Assembly (NCBI GenBank): GCA_044222185.1
Contig: JBGANV010000009.1
Coordinates: 96,001-160,000 of the forward strand
Reading direction: 5' to 3'
DNA: 64,000 nucleotides
Origin: Planctomycetota bacterium
Lineage (GTDB): Bacteria; Planctomycetota; GCA-002687715; CAIWVZ01
Below the pieces are notes generated by a model. It was not told the DNA's origin. It did not search any database and saw nothing but the letters and a program-made list of their open reading frames with translations. Shown piece by piece: positions 48,856 to 58,281 of the stretch; position 1 is the stretch's first letter; each line of letters starts with the position of its first letter. The translations under genes and the position numbers were made by a program.

Positions 48856-51558
48856 ATGCGGCGCTTCCTGATCGGCGTAGTCGTCGTGCTCGTATTCGTG
48901 GTCGGCGTCGCCCACCTGTCGACGCATGACGCCGCCTGGCAGACGGCCAGCCGCCGGATCGATCACATCGGGTCGGGGCTATCACCGATCAACGGTCGCG
49001 TGGTCGACGCCGCCGGTCGGCCCGTAGGCGGTGCACGCATCGTGGCCGTTCCGGCGGATCCCGAGCGGACCGAGTTCGCGGCGCCGGCGGGCTCGATCCC
49101 GGATGGGGCACGATTTGCGACATCCGACTCTGAAGGGGCGTTCGCTTGCGACGTGCAGGCTGCGTGGAGCGATCTCTTCGTCGACCGACAAGGCTTCGGG
49201 CGAGTGACCCGTACTGACGTGCCCGCCGGTGAAACCGTGACGATCCAGCTGTTCGCACCACTCACACTGGCGGGTCGGATCATCGATCGCGACGGGCGAC
49301 CGATATCGAAGGCAAGCGTGTCGTGGAATCACTCGGCCGCCGGTATCCGAACGACGACGTCGACGGTTGCGGCGGACGACGGAACCTATCGCGTTGCCGG
49401 CTCGGTGGAGGGGGCCGATCCAGTTCGCGCGTGGGTCGAAATCGACGCACCTGGCTTTGCGCGCCGCGCCGTGTACGGACTTCCGGGGTTCGGCGTCGAC
49501 AGCGCTCGATCGATGGCGGCCCAGGGGCTCGAAGTTCGCCGGAGCTTCGTGCTGTTCCCGGCGCGACGGGTCACCGGCGTCGTCCGCGATGCGGTGACGG
49601 CGAAGCCCGTCGCGGGTGCGTGGGTCCATCTCGCCCCGCTCGGCTCCCGACTTCCGCGTCGCGACACGTCCACCGACCGTGAAGGACGCTTCGCCTTCGA
49701 TGGCGTCGACGACACTCGGGATGGGGAAGTCTCGTGCTGGGCGGTGATCGCTGGCGCCGAGGGATTCGCCGTCGTGCGCAAGCGTGCCGTCGACGTCGGC
49801 GAACTGTGCCCGTGTGAGCTTCGCCTGCGCAAGCCCGCGCGGGTCGTGGGTCGCGTCGTCGATTCCGGCGGTCGGCCTGTCGAGGGCGCCGTGGTCCGCT
49901 GGGCGGCGCCGCAACCGGCCGACGAGTCCTGGGTTCGTGTTCCGCAGCGTCTGCTCCCGAGCGACGGATGCAGAACGGATCAGGACGGGCACTATCGTCT
50001 CGACGGAGTCCCTGGAGGCGAGCCGGACGCGGGCGTATTCGTGGACACGCTCGAGAACGAAGAGCTGACCGAGAACGATTCCGTGTGCGTCGGCGTGTCG
50101 CCCGAGCCCGGGACGACGATCGAAGCCGCGGATCTCGTCGTGAAGAGATCTCCGTCGGTGATCTGTCGCGTGGTCGACGCCCGCGGGGCGGCTCTCGTCG
50201 GGGCGAGATGCTTCTGGTGGACGCGAAGCCCGTCGGAAGCGACGTCGGCGGATCCATCGGGAACGTGTCGCTTGTTTGCGAGGGAACGCGATCGGGCCGA
50301 CGGGCCTCTACGCGTGATCGCGTCGGCGCCTGGTTATGCGCGAGGCGCCAGTGGTTTCGTCGTCCCGTCCGAGTCGGACCCACCGCAGCTCGAGATCATT
50401 CTCACCCCAGAGCGGACCGTCGAGGGGAAGGTTCATTACGCGGACGGCTCTGCCGCTTGCGACTTGTTCGTCGTCGCGGGCAATGCGCGCCTATCCATCG
50501 ACGAGGTGTTCCGCCCGTCGTGCGTGCCGGATCGCAACCCGGGTCGCGAGCCCATTCCGTGGCTCGACACCGCACGAACCGATGGACGGGGCCATTTCGT
50601 GCTCCGCGCGCTGCCTCCGGGGCCCGTGCATCTCGAGGTGTCGCTCGCTGGCACGCCGAATCGCCGAGTCGTGCTTGCGAACGCCGTCGACGATTACGTG
50701 CGCATCGACGCTGGCCCGCGGCGGACCGTCGAGAGTGGGCCGACCGAAGCGGATGGCTGGATCGAGGTGAGCGTGGTGGATGCCGACGCCGAGTCGATGG
50801 TCGCGGACGCCCGCGTTCGTCTCGTCGATCCGACGACCGGCGCCGCGCGGGAACTGGCGGATCTGGATGACGGAGTTTTCGTGATGAGCACGTGCGCCCC
50901 ACAGCGATGCGGCGTTCGCATCGAGTCCGCGCGCCATGCAACGCAGCTGATTCGGGACGTGACCGTTCGCTCCGGAGAAACCACGAAGATTCTCGTGCGA
51001 CTCGAGCACGGACTGTCGTTGGAGACTCGCCTCGCATGCGCGGCTCGAAGGGATTGGAGCGGGGCGACCGTGACGTTGCTGGACGGCGAAATGGAGCTGA
51101 TCTCGGACATCCCGGTTCGTGCCGATGGCGGTGTGCGGATCAAAGGCCTGCCGTCGAACAAGCGATTGACGGTCCACGTCATCGTCGACGACCGGGTGGC
51201 CTGTTCGAGCGTGCCGGGCGCGGAACTGTGCATGAGACCGGGCTCGCCCGCCCGCGAGTCGGGGTTGCAGGTCGTCGAGGTTGGCGTGCTCGATGTGAAC
51301 ATCCACGGCGTCGACGGATTCGTCTGGCCCAAGGGCGACGGGCACGACGCCAGCGGTGCGTGTGAGTCGACGATCGAAATCATTGGCCCAGGTTCGTTCC
51401 ACGCGGTTCGAGCGGGATTGGTATCGCCGTTCCAGTCGTTCCTCGTTCCTCTGGGCACCGCCAAGGTCCGCGCGCTGATCCCAGGCCACGCTCCCATCGA
51501 GCGCCTCGTCCAGGTGGATCAGCACGACGACGCGAGCGTCGATATCTCGTGGGAGTGA
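48856..51558 (+). CDS. Membrane-anchored carboxypeptidase-regulatory-like domain repeat protein (paralog of 42066..44432)
   Basis: N-terminal TM; GRVVD..GRPV.GA and TD..G.F repeats in the same order as the paralog. Confidence 0.82.
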   Translation: MRRFLIGVVVVLVFVVGVAHLSTHDAAWQTASRRIDHIGSGLSPINGRVVDAAGRPVGGARIVAVPADPERTEFAAPAGSIPDGARFATSDSEGAFACDVQAAWSDLFVDRQGFGRVTRTDVPAGETVTIQLFAPLTLAGRIIDRDGRPISKASVSWNHSAAGIRTTTSTVAADDGTYRVAGSVEGADPVRAWVEIDAPGFARRAVYGLPGFGVDSARSMAAQGLEVRRSFVLFPARRVTGVVRDAVTAKPVAGAWVHLAPLGSRLPRRDTSTDREGRFAFDGVDDTRDGEVSCWAVIAGAEGFAVVRKRAVDVGELCPCELRLRKPARVVGRVVDSGGRPVEGAVVRWAAPQPADESWVRVPQRLLPSDGCRTDQDGHYRLDGVPGGEPDAGVFVDTLENEELTENDSVCVGVSPEPGTTIEAADLVVKRSPSVICRVVDARGAALVGARCFWWTRSPSEATSADPSGTCRLFARERDRADGPLRVIASAPGYARGASGFVVPSESDPPQLEIILTPERTVEGKVHYADGSAACDLFVVAGNARLSIDEVFRPSCVPDRNPGREPIPWLDTARTDGRGHFVLRALPPGPVHLEVSLAGTPNRRVVLANAVDDYVRIDAGPRRTVESGPTEADGWIEVSVVDADAESMVADARVRLVDPTTGAARELADLDDGVFVMSTCAPQRCGVRIESARHATQLIRDVTVRSGETTKILVRLEHGLSLETRLACAARRDWSGATVTLLDGEMELISDIPVRADGGVRIKGLPSNKRLTVHVIVDDRVACSSVPGAELCMRPGSPARESGLQVVEVGVLDVNIHGVDGFVWPKGDGHDASGACESTIEIIGPGSFHAVRAGLVSPFQSFLVPLGTAKVRALIPGHAPIERLVQVDQHDDASVDISWE

Positions 51559-51736
51559 TCGGGAGCGCGTCGCGGAGCTCTCGGCATCGAGTCCCGTGGC
51601 TCGCATGGCGATCCGATTCATGCGAGGCCGCGATCTTCGAGGATCGTTCGCGCTTCGCACCTGGTGGTTCGCCCATCGAAAACCCCAGTGCCGTCGCAGC
51701 AAACCGCGGTCGAGCGTCCTCAGCGAGTGAACGTGC

Positions 51737-52837
51737 TCAGGGCGCGACGGTCAGCGCGACGCGGAACCCGATGTCGTACGCACGACCTGCGCGATCGTAC
51801 GAGCGCCGGAACGCGGAGCGTGCGCAAACGGCGCGCTCGGTGAAACTGCCGCCGCGAAGCATGCGAAGCGTGGAACGCGCGTCGGCCGACGCTGTGCCAT
51901 CGGTCGGGGTGTGTTCGTAACTGGCCTGCCACGCGTCTTCGCACCACTCCCAGACGTTGCCGTGGACGTCGAAGAGACCCCAGGGGTTCGGACGCTTCAG
52001 TCCCACGGGCTTGAGCGAGCATCCCCACGCCGCGAGCGTCTCCGTGTCAGGCGTGAGGGTGTCCGGCGGGAGGCGATCCTTGCCGGAATTCAGGAAACAC
52101 CAGCCGAAGTCGTCGAGGAGCGCCGGATCGTCGCCGAAACTGTAGGCCGTCGTCGTTCCGGCCCGGCACGCGTACTCACGCTCGGCCTCGGTCGGGAGAC
52201 GTCCACCGATCCATGCGCAGAACGCCCGCGCCTCGTCCCAGTTCACGCCGACGACGGGTTGCATCGCGTCGTCGTACCGGCTGTCGTAGAAACCACCGGG
52301 CCTGGGCGTGCCCGGCCCTTCGTCGACGTACATCCGCATCTGCGAATTCGTGACCGCTGTTTGCCCGAGAAGGAACGGTCGTACGGACACGCGGTGAACG
52401 GGCTTCCCGTCGAAGAGGTCCGTGCCTCCCATCTCGAACGTTCCGCCGGGGATGAGGACAAGACCGATCGTCGTCGCGGCGAGCCGCTCGGGGGGCAGAG
52501 GATTCGACGTCGGCAACGTCAGCGCGAATTCCTCCAGACCGGTCGACGGCTCTTCGCCGCACGGCATGATCCGAGGGTTTGCGCGCAGGTTGGCGAGCAG
52601 GGCGTCGATGTCCTGCAGGTCGTACACCGCGCTCCGCTCGAGCCGCTGCTGCAGCTCTTTCCACGCATCCAACGGGGCACTGGACGAACTCGGGCGCGGC
52701 AAGTTTTCGAGGACGATGAGCGCGGCGACGGTGGCCAGCAACATCCACGTGAGTCTGCGAGCGGAACCCGGCCGCCAGCCCCTTGCGCTGCGGCTCGCCT
52801 CCTCGCTCGAAGACAGTGTGCGGTCGACTGGCGCCAT
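51737..52837 (-). CDS. TM-anchored FGE-sulfatase (SUMF1-like) domain protein
   Basis: IPGGTFEMG, PVVGVNWDEARAFCAW, RLPTEAEREYACRAG, PNPWGLFDVHGNVWEWC, RGGSF and GFRVA. Confidence 0.92.
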   Translation of the reverse strand: MAPVDRTLSSSEEASRSARGWRPGSARRLTWMLLATVAALIVLENLPRPSSSSAPLDAWKELQQRLERSAVYDLQDIDALLANLRANPRIMPCGEEPSTGLEEFALTLPTSNPLPPERLAATTIGLVLIPGGTFEMGGTDLFDGKPVHRVSVRPFLLGQTAVTNSQMRMYVDEGPGTPRPGGFYDSRYDDAMQPVVGVNWDEARAFCAWIGGRLPTEAEREYACRAGTTTAYSFGDDPALLDDFGWCFLNSGKDRLPPDTLTPDTETLAAWGCSLKPVGLKRPNPWGLFDVHGNVWEWCEDAWQASYEHTPTDGTASADARSTLRMLRGGSFTERAVCARSAFRRSYDRAGRAYDIGFRVALTVAP

Positions 52838-52968
52838 CGATCATCCTTGGGGCGAGCGCAGTCTACCCGCGCGTCTTGCGTCGTCCCGACAATGTTTTGC
52901 CCGTCCGTCGCATCCTTGAGAACTTCAGGGCCAATCGCTTCCAAATGCTCGATCAAGGAGTCGCGCGC

Positions 52969-53766
52969 ATGAGATCAATCGCCGTCGTCGTCGGAGGGCT
53001 GCTCGTTTGCGCGTCGGCGCACGCCCAACAACCGGAATCCAGACCGGACGTCGACAAGCTGCTCGACAAGCTCACGTTCACGAAGGACAAGGCAAGCCTG
53101 CCGTATCGACTGCTCAAGCCGGATGGATACACGAAGGATGGGAAGGACCGTCATCCGTTGGTGGTGTTCTTGCATGGCAGCGTCGGACGCGGGAACGACA
53201 ACAAGAGCCAGATTCGGAGCGGCGTCGATGAGTTCTTCACGGACGCGATGCGCAAGAAACACCCGTGCTTCCTGGTGCTCCCGCAATGCCCGACCAAGCA
53301 ACTGTGGTTCAACGTCGATACGAAAGACGTGAAGGCCAACATGCCGCTGCCCGAGCATCCCACCGAGCCGTTGGCTCTCGTGATCGACCTGATCGACGCG
53401 CTCGTCAACGAATACCGCGTGGACAAGGATCGGATCTATCTGACGGGCCTGTCGATGGGCGGGTATGGCACGTGGGATTTGATCTCGCGCAAACCGGAAC
53501 TGTTCGCGGCGGCGGTTCCCATCAGCGGCGGTGGCGACCCGGCACAGGCGGAGAATTTCGCCAAGATGCCCATCTGGGCCTTCCACGGCGACGCGGACCG
53601 GCTCGTTCCGATCGAGCGGACTCGCGACATGATCGCCGCCGTGAAGAAGGCCGGCGGCACGCCGAAGTTCACGGAGTACAAAGGCGTCGGCCACGACGCA
53701 TGGACCGCGACCTACAAGAACCCCGAAGTGCTCGACTGGATCTTCGAGCAGATGAAGGGGAAGTAG
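52969..53766 (+). CDS. Exported alpha/beta hydrolase (predicted peptidase/carboxylesterase)
   Basis: LPYRLLKP, PLVVFLHG, RIYLTGLSMGG (GxSxG), FHGDAD and GVGH; signal peptide. Confidence 0.9.
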   Translation: MRSIAVVVGGLLVCASAHAQQPESRPDVDKLLDKLTFTKDKASLPYRLLKPDGYTKDGKDRHPLVVFLHGSVGRGNDNKSQIRSGVDEFFTDAMRKKHPCFLVLPQCPTKQLWFNVDTKDVKANMPLPEHPTEPLALVIDLIDALVNEYRVDKDRIYLTGLSMGGYGTWDLISRKPELFAAAVPISGGGDPAQAENFAKMPIWAFHGDADRLVPIERTRDMIAAVKKAGGTPKFTEYKGVGHDAWTATYKNPEVLDWIFEQMKGK

Positions 53767-54112
53767 GGGCAGTGGGCACGAGTCGCCGGCGGGAGTGACT
53801 TTCTACGCCAGGGTCGTGCGGCGGCGCCGACCCGAACCGGCCGGGTCAGGTCCTGAGCTACCTCTTTCGGACTGATGCGCCCGGCTTGCCCGTGACCGCG
53901 CGAGGACGGCGTCGGCATCCGCGAGGCCGGAAGTGATGCCGCACCGAGGCTGCCGTTGCCGGCGATCTCGCGGCATGCGGCCCCCGAAGCGAAGGCCGCG
54001 GACCTCGGGGCGTGGCGCGGAGGCTGCACGGAGATCTGAAGGTCGTGGCCGGACGTGCGGCTTGCGGACCCGCCGGATGCAATTCCGCGCAACACACCAC
54101 GTAGCGATGACG

Positions 54113-55768
54113 TCAATCGGTGACGCTGAGAGCGAGGCGGAAACCGATGAGGGGGGCCTCGAACTGGCCCACCCACGGCGTGCGGGCCCCGGACCGGCAC
54201 CAGTCCGCGCCGGTGATGTAGGCTCCCCCGCGGACGACGTGATAGCGAGTCCTTTCGTCGCGCGAACTGCCGTCAGGCGTCGGAGCGTTGAGCTCAATGA
54301 GCTCCGCAGTGTCGTCGCACCACTCGAATGCGTTGCCGTGCATGTCCTTCAGCCCCCAGGCGTTGGCGCGCCTCTCGCCGACTTCATGAAGCTCGCAACC
54401 GGAGTTGGCGGAATACCACGCCACGTGCGCGAGGTCGTCGCGCGTATCGCCCGAGCTGTAATGGGTCGTCGTGCCCGCGCGGCACGCGTGCTCCCATTCG
54501 AACTCGTCGGGAAGGTGGCCACCGAGCCATGCGCAGAAGGCCTGGGCGGTCTTCCAATCCACGCCGGTGACGGGCTGGTTCGGCATGCGACTGTACCGAT
54601 GATCCCAGGAGTTGGGGCTCGGAACGTCGGGCACGTTCTCCACATAGACTCGAAAACGCGAGTTTGAGACCTCCGTGCGCGAGATGAGGAACGGATCGAT
54701 ACCCGCACGGTGCTCGGGGCCGGCCGACTGTGGCTCCAGCCTCTCGAGGGCGACCGTTCCGCCCGGGATCAGCACGAGATCCAGGGCCATCTCAACGCGG
54801 GTTTCCGCTTCGCTCGGCCTCGATCCCGGCAAACGGAGCTCGAATTCCTCCAGGCCCGTCGACTCGTTGATGCCGCGCGGCGTGAGGTCAGATCTCTCCC
54901 GGAAGCGCGCAAGCGCCGCGTCGCGGCCCCGCAGATCGTATTTCGGGTTCCGCTCGAGGCGCTGCAGCAACTGCTTCCACGCGTCCGACGTCGGGCTCGA
55001 CGTCGTCCGGCGCGAGTCTGGCTTCGGGGGGCGAGGCCGCATCTGCGGGCGGTCCGGTCGAGGCTTCATCGACGTGGGGGGCTGTCGGGTCGGGCGCGCG
55101 TTCTCTTCCGACGAGAACAATGCATCGCCGATGACCAGTGCGAGGGATGCGAGCACGACCCAGGTCAAGACGCGACTCTGCGGTTGCCGGCTCCGCACCG
55201 GTGGATGTGTCCCACGTGCGGGCGCCATCGTCGGTGCGGCAGACCTCGCCCGTCGCTCGCGTGCGTGCGCGTCGGGCGCGCAACCCAATCCGGTGAGAGC
55301 CTCGCGCACGAGCGGGCCCACGGACTCCGGAGTGGTGAAGGTCAACGGATTGCCGTTCGTCGGCTGCGGTCCGGGTTGAATGACGCCTGTCGCGGCCGTT
55401 GGAGTGGCGGGCGGAGGCTCGGCGGCGCCTGGACCTGCCGGCGCTCCGCCCGAATGCAGAGTCACGACCGGGATCTGGGCCGCGCGCGCATCGTCGAGCA
55501 ACGACCCAAAGACATCCCCGGGCTCATCGCCGGTTCGGGGTTCGCTCGAATGGCGGTAATTCGCGAGCACGACGACCGCATCGCAGGCACGCAGCTTCAC
55601 GCGACAGGCGTCGACGCCGGAACTCGCCGTCGAACCCATGCCCTCTTCGTTGGCCAGCACCCACCCGAGCTGACGCGCGGCGGTGCGCGCAACGCGCGCG
55701 TGGCTCGCGAGGTTCTCGCCGTCGTAGAGGATCAGGACACGCCGGTTGGGTCGTGGAACATCGTTCAC
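54113..55768 (-). CDS. Degenerate DUF4062-like domain - TM - FGE-sulfatase domain protein
   Basis: GTG 55768 after GAGG; N-terminal ACRVKLRACDAVVVLANYRH; TM; LPDEFEWEHACRAG, NAWGLKDMHGNAFEWC and GFRLA. Confidence 0.8.
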   Translation of the reverse strand: MNDVPRPNRRVLILYDGENLASHARVARTAARQLGWVLANEEGMGSTASSGVDACRVKLRACDAVVVLANYRHSSEPRTGDEPGDVFGSLLDDARAAQIPVVTLHSGGAPAGPGAAEPPPATPTAATGVIQPGPQPTNGNPLTFTTPESVGPLVREALTGLGCAPDAHARERRARSAAPTMAPARGTHPPVRSRQPQSRVLTWVVLASLALVIGDALFSSEENARPTRQPPTSMKPRPDRPQMRPRPPKPDSRRTTSSPTSDAWKQLLQRLERNPKYDLRGRDAALARFRERSDLTPRGINESTGLEEFELRLPGSRPSEAETRVEMALDLVLIPGGTVALERLEPQSAGPEHRAGIDPFLISRTEVSNSRFRVYVENVPDVPSPNSWDHRYSRMPNQPVTGVDWKTAQAFCAWLGGHLPDEFEWEHACRAGTTTHYSSGDTRDDLAHVAWYSANSGCELHEVGERRANAWGLKDMHGNAFEWCDDTAELIELNAPTPDGSSRDERTRYHVVRGGAYITGADWCRSGARTPWVGQFEAPLIGFRLALSVTD

Positions 55769-56050
55769 GGACCAGCCCTCCTCGGAATGGCGGCAGTATA
55801 GCGGGATGCACGGCGCACACAGCCCATTCCGCCGATGTTGCGCGCATGGCGGTGGCGGCGGAGGTCGGCGGTTTTCTGGCGGGCTCGCGTGGGATGCGCG
55901 CGGCCTCGATGCCACGCGGACGCCGCCCGTTGCCAGAACGGGTACAGGGGGCTCGAGCGGGCGACGCCAGAGGCCTCGCCGTCCGGCCATGGCCCTCGTA
56001 GGACTCGGGACCCTGGCGCTCCGGGCGGACGCGAGAGGTTTGCGCTCCGG

Positions 56051-57823
56051 TCAGAGCGGCGGCCGTTCCTTCCACACGCCCAGTTCTTTTTCGAGGGCGG
56101 TGCCGAGGCGGGCGATGGTGCCTTCGTCCCAGTGCTTGCCCCAGATCGTGATGCCGTGGGGAACGCGGGCGCGGCGGCGGGACTCGGGTGATGACTCGGC
56201 GCGCGAATCGCTTCGCGACTCGGCGCGGCGATCGCGACTCTCGCGTTCGAGGAAGCCGGTGCGGAGCGTGAGGGAAGGGTGACCGGTGGCGTTCGTGATG
56301 AGCAACATGGAGCCGACGAAGCTCGGGCCGAGCAAGACGTCGACGGGCGCGAACACCTTCTGCATTGCCTCCATCACCTCGCGGCGCAGGCGATCGGATT
56401 GGACGAGGTCGATGGCGGAGATGAACCGCGACGCGCGGAACGTGTTGGGCCAGGCCTCGGGCGCCTGCCACGAGAGTTGATCGTCCTTGTTCTCGAGCGT
56501 GAGCTCTTCGAATGCGGCAGCGGCCTCGGCGTGAAGAGGCGTGAGCAACGCATCGTAGGGCAGCTCGGGCAGCTCGAGCTCCACGATCTCGGCACCGAGC
56601 GTCTTGACGGCATCGAGCGCGACCCGGTCGAGGGCATTGGCTCCGCGCCCCGAGAACCACCCCTTGCCGATACCGACCTTCATGCCCTTCACCGTCGCAC
56701 TCCCGTCGAACGCGAGGCCCGCATCGACGGAAGACGGATCGGCGGGATCCGCTCCCGAGATCGCCGCGAGCACGAGCATCGTGTCCTCGACGGTGCGACA
56801 CAGCGGTCCGACCTTGTCGAGAGTCCAGCACAGCGCCATGGCGCCGGCTCGCGACACGCGCCCGAACGTGGGCCGCAGCCCGGTGACCCCGCAGCGCATG
56901 GACGGCGACACGATCGACCCCAACGTCTCGGTCCCGAGCGCAAACGCCACCAGCCCCGCGGCCGTGGCGGACGCCGATCCCGCACTCGACCCGCTCGATC
57001 CCTCATCCGTGTTCCACGGGTTGCGCGTCTTGCCGCCGTACCAGATGTCGCCGTAAGCCAGTGCGCCGAGAGCGAGCTTGGCGATGAGGACGGCGCCCGC
57101 CGCATCGAGCTTGCGCACGACCGCCGCGTCCTCCTTGGGCACGCGCCGCTGGAACGGCTCGGCGCCCCAGCCCGTGACGACGCCCGCGGTGTCGAAGAGG
57201 TCCTTCGCACCCCACGGGATCCCGTGCAGCGGTCCGCGCCACCGCCCCGCAGCCAACTCCTTGTCGAGTGCGTCAGCCCGCGCCAGCGCCGCGTCGCGCA
57301 TCAGCGTGACGGTGCACAAGAGCGAGCCGCCGATCCGCGCGAGCCTCTCGAGATAGATCGCGCTGAGCTTGCGGCACGTGATCTGTCGCGTGCGAATCCA
57401 ATGGGACAGCGACGTGACGGGAGCGAACGCGACGTCTTCGTCCAACTTGGGGAGCGGCCCGGGGTCTACGGTCGAGAAGATCGGTGATGCTGGTGGAGCT
57501 GGTGGCGTCAGCACGCGAAAGACCGTCGCCGGTGCCAGCGAGTCCTTGAGCGAATGCGATCGCCGCCTCACGCCGCGCGCCACGTGCTCGTCGATGACGC
57601 GCAGGATCTGCTCGCGCTCACCGGGTGTGTAATTCACCGCGGCGAGTTTCTCCGCTTCGGCCAACGTCTCGACGGTGATGCCCGAGCGCGCGGGCGCCGC
57701 ATCTTGAGGCTGGGGCTCGGCGTCGTCGCCGCGGAGCAACGTCAATTCGCCAGCGATGAGGGCGGCCGGTGCCGTGAGGAGGAAGGCGCGGCGTGAGGGA
57801 GCCGCGCGTTTGGCGTCAGTCAT
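56051..57823 (-). CDS. Tat-exported amidase-signature family enzyme
   Basis: SRRAFLL Tat motif; GPLHGIPWGAKD, GSSGSSAGS, GTETLGSIVSPS and GLRPTFGRVSR. Confidence 0.93.
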   Translation of the reverse strand: MTDAKRAAPSRRAFLLTAPAALIAGELTLLRGDDAEPQPQDAAPARSGITVETLAEAEKLAAVNYTPGEREQILRVIDEHVARGVRRRSHSLKDSLAPATVFRVLTPPAPPASPIFSTVDPGPLPKLDEDVAFAPVTSLSHWIRTRQITCRKLSAIYLERLARIGGSLLCTVTLMRDAALARADALDKELAAGRWRGPLHGIPWGAKDLFDTAGVVTGWGAEPFQRRVPKEDAAVVRKLDAAGAVLIAKLALGALAYGDIWYGGKTRNPWNTDEGSSGSSAGSASATAAGLVAFALGTETLGSIVSPSMRCGVTGLRPTFGRVSRAGAMALCWTLDKVGPLCRTVEDTMLVLAAISGADPADPSSVDAGLAFDGSATVKGMKVGIGKGWFSGRGANALDRVALDAVKTLGAEIVELELPELPYDALLTPLHAEAAAAFEELTLENKDDQLSWQAPEAWPNTFRASRFISAIDLVQSDRLRREVMEAMQKVFAPVDVLLGPSFVGSMLLITNATGHPSLTLRTGFLERESRDRRAESRSDSRAESSPESRRRARVPHGITIWGKHWDEGTIARLGTALEKELGVWKERPPL

Positions 57824-57968
57824 GGTGCGCTCGCAACTGTGTCCCGTGAAACTGTCCGTGGGACGGCACTCTAATGGATGGGAACCTGTCCGGATATCCC
57901 GTGCGCAGATCTTCCCACTGCAACCCAGGGGCTCGAAGCGTATGCTCGCGAGTGAAAAGGAGGCGATC

Positions 57969-58274
57969 ATGTCGCACGACGCTGAACTGATCACGGTCGA
58001 GCGCGCTCCCAGTACGGCGCTGGCGGAGCGGTGGGTGAGCCTTCTCGCGGTCGCCGGAATCGACGCCTTCATGGAGCCCTACTCGACGGACGAGTCCGTC
58101 TCCGGCGAGATCTACACGGAGTTCTGCGGTGTGGAGGTCAAGGTCCGCCGATCGAATGCCGATCAGGCGCGCGCCCTGCTGGGCGAGGCGCACGCCGCCG
58201 GGCGGATCTTGAAGGAGCTGTGGGAGAAGAAGGAGAAGCACGAGCGCGAGCATCACGCGCACGGCTCTGCGTGA
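57969..58274 (+). CDS. Small DUF2007-like protein
   Basis: GGAGG RBS; A......LL..AGI.A....GVEVKV...A.QARALL pattern; His-rich tail. Confidence 0.7.
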   Translation: MSHDAELITVERAPSTALAERWVSLLAVAGIDAFMEPYSTDESVSGEIYTEFCGVEVKVRRSNADQARALLGEAHAAGRILKELWEKKEKHEREHHAHGSA

Positions 58275-58281
58275 CGCGCGG

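Noticed and set aside
53831-53870. SRP RNA-like GGTCAGGTCC
   Set aside because: It lacks the following GGAA tetraloop and AGCAG of SRP helix 8.
27625-55768. Diversity-generating retroelement targeting the FGE domains
   Set aside because: No reverse transcriptase and no near-identical TR/VR pair differing at adenines is visible in this window. A remote DGR cannot be excluded.
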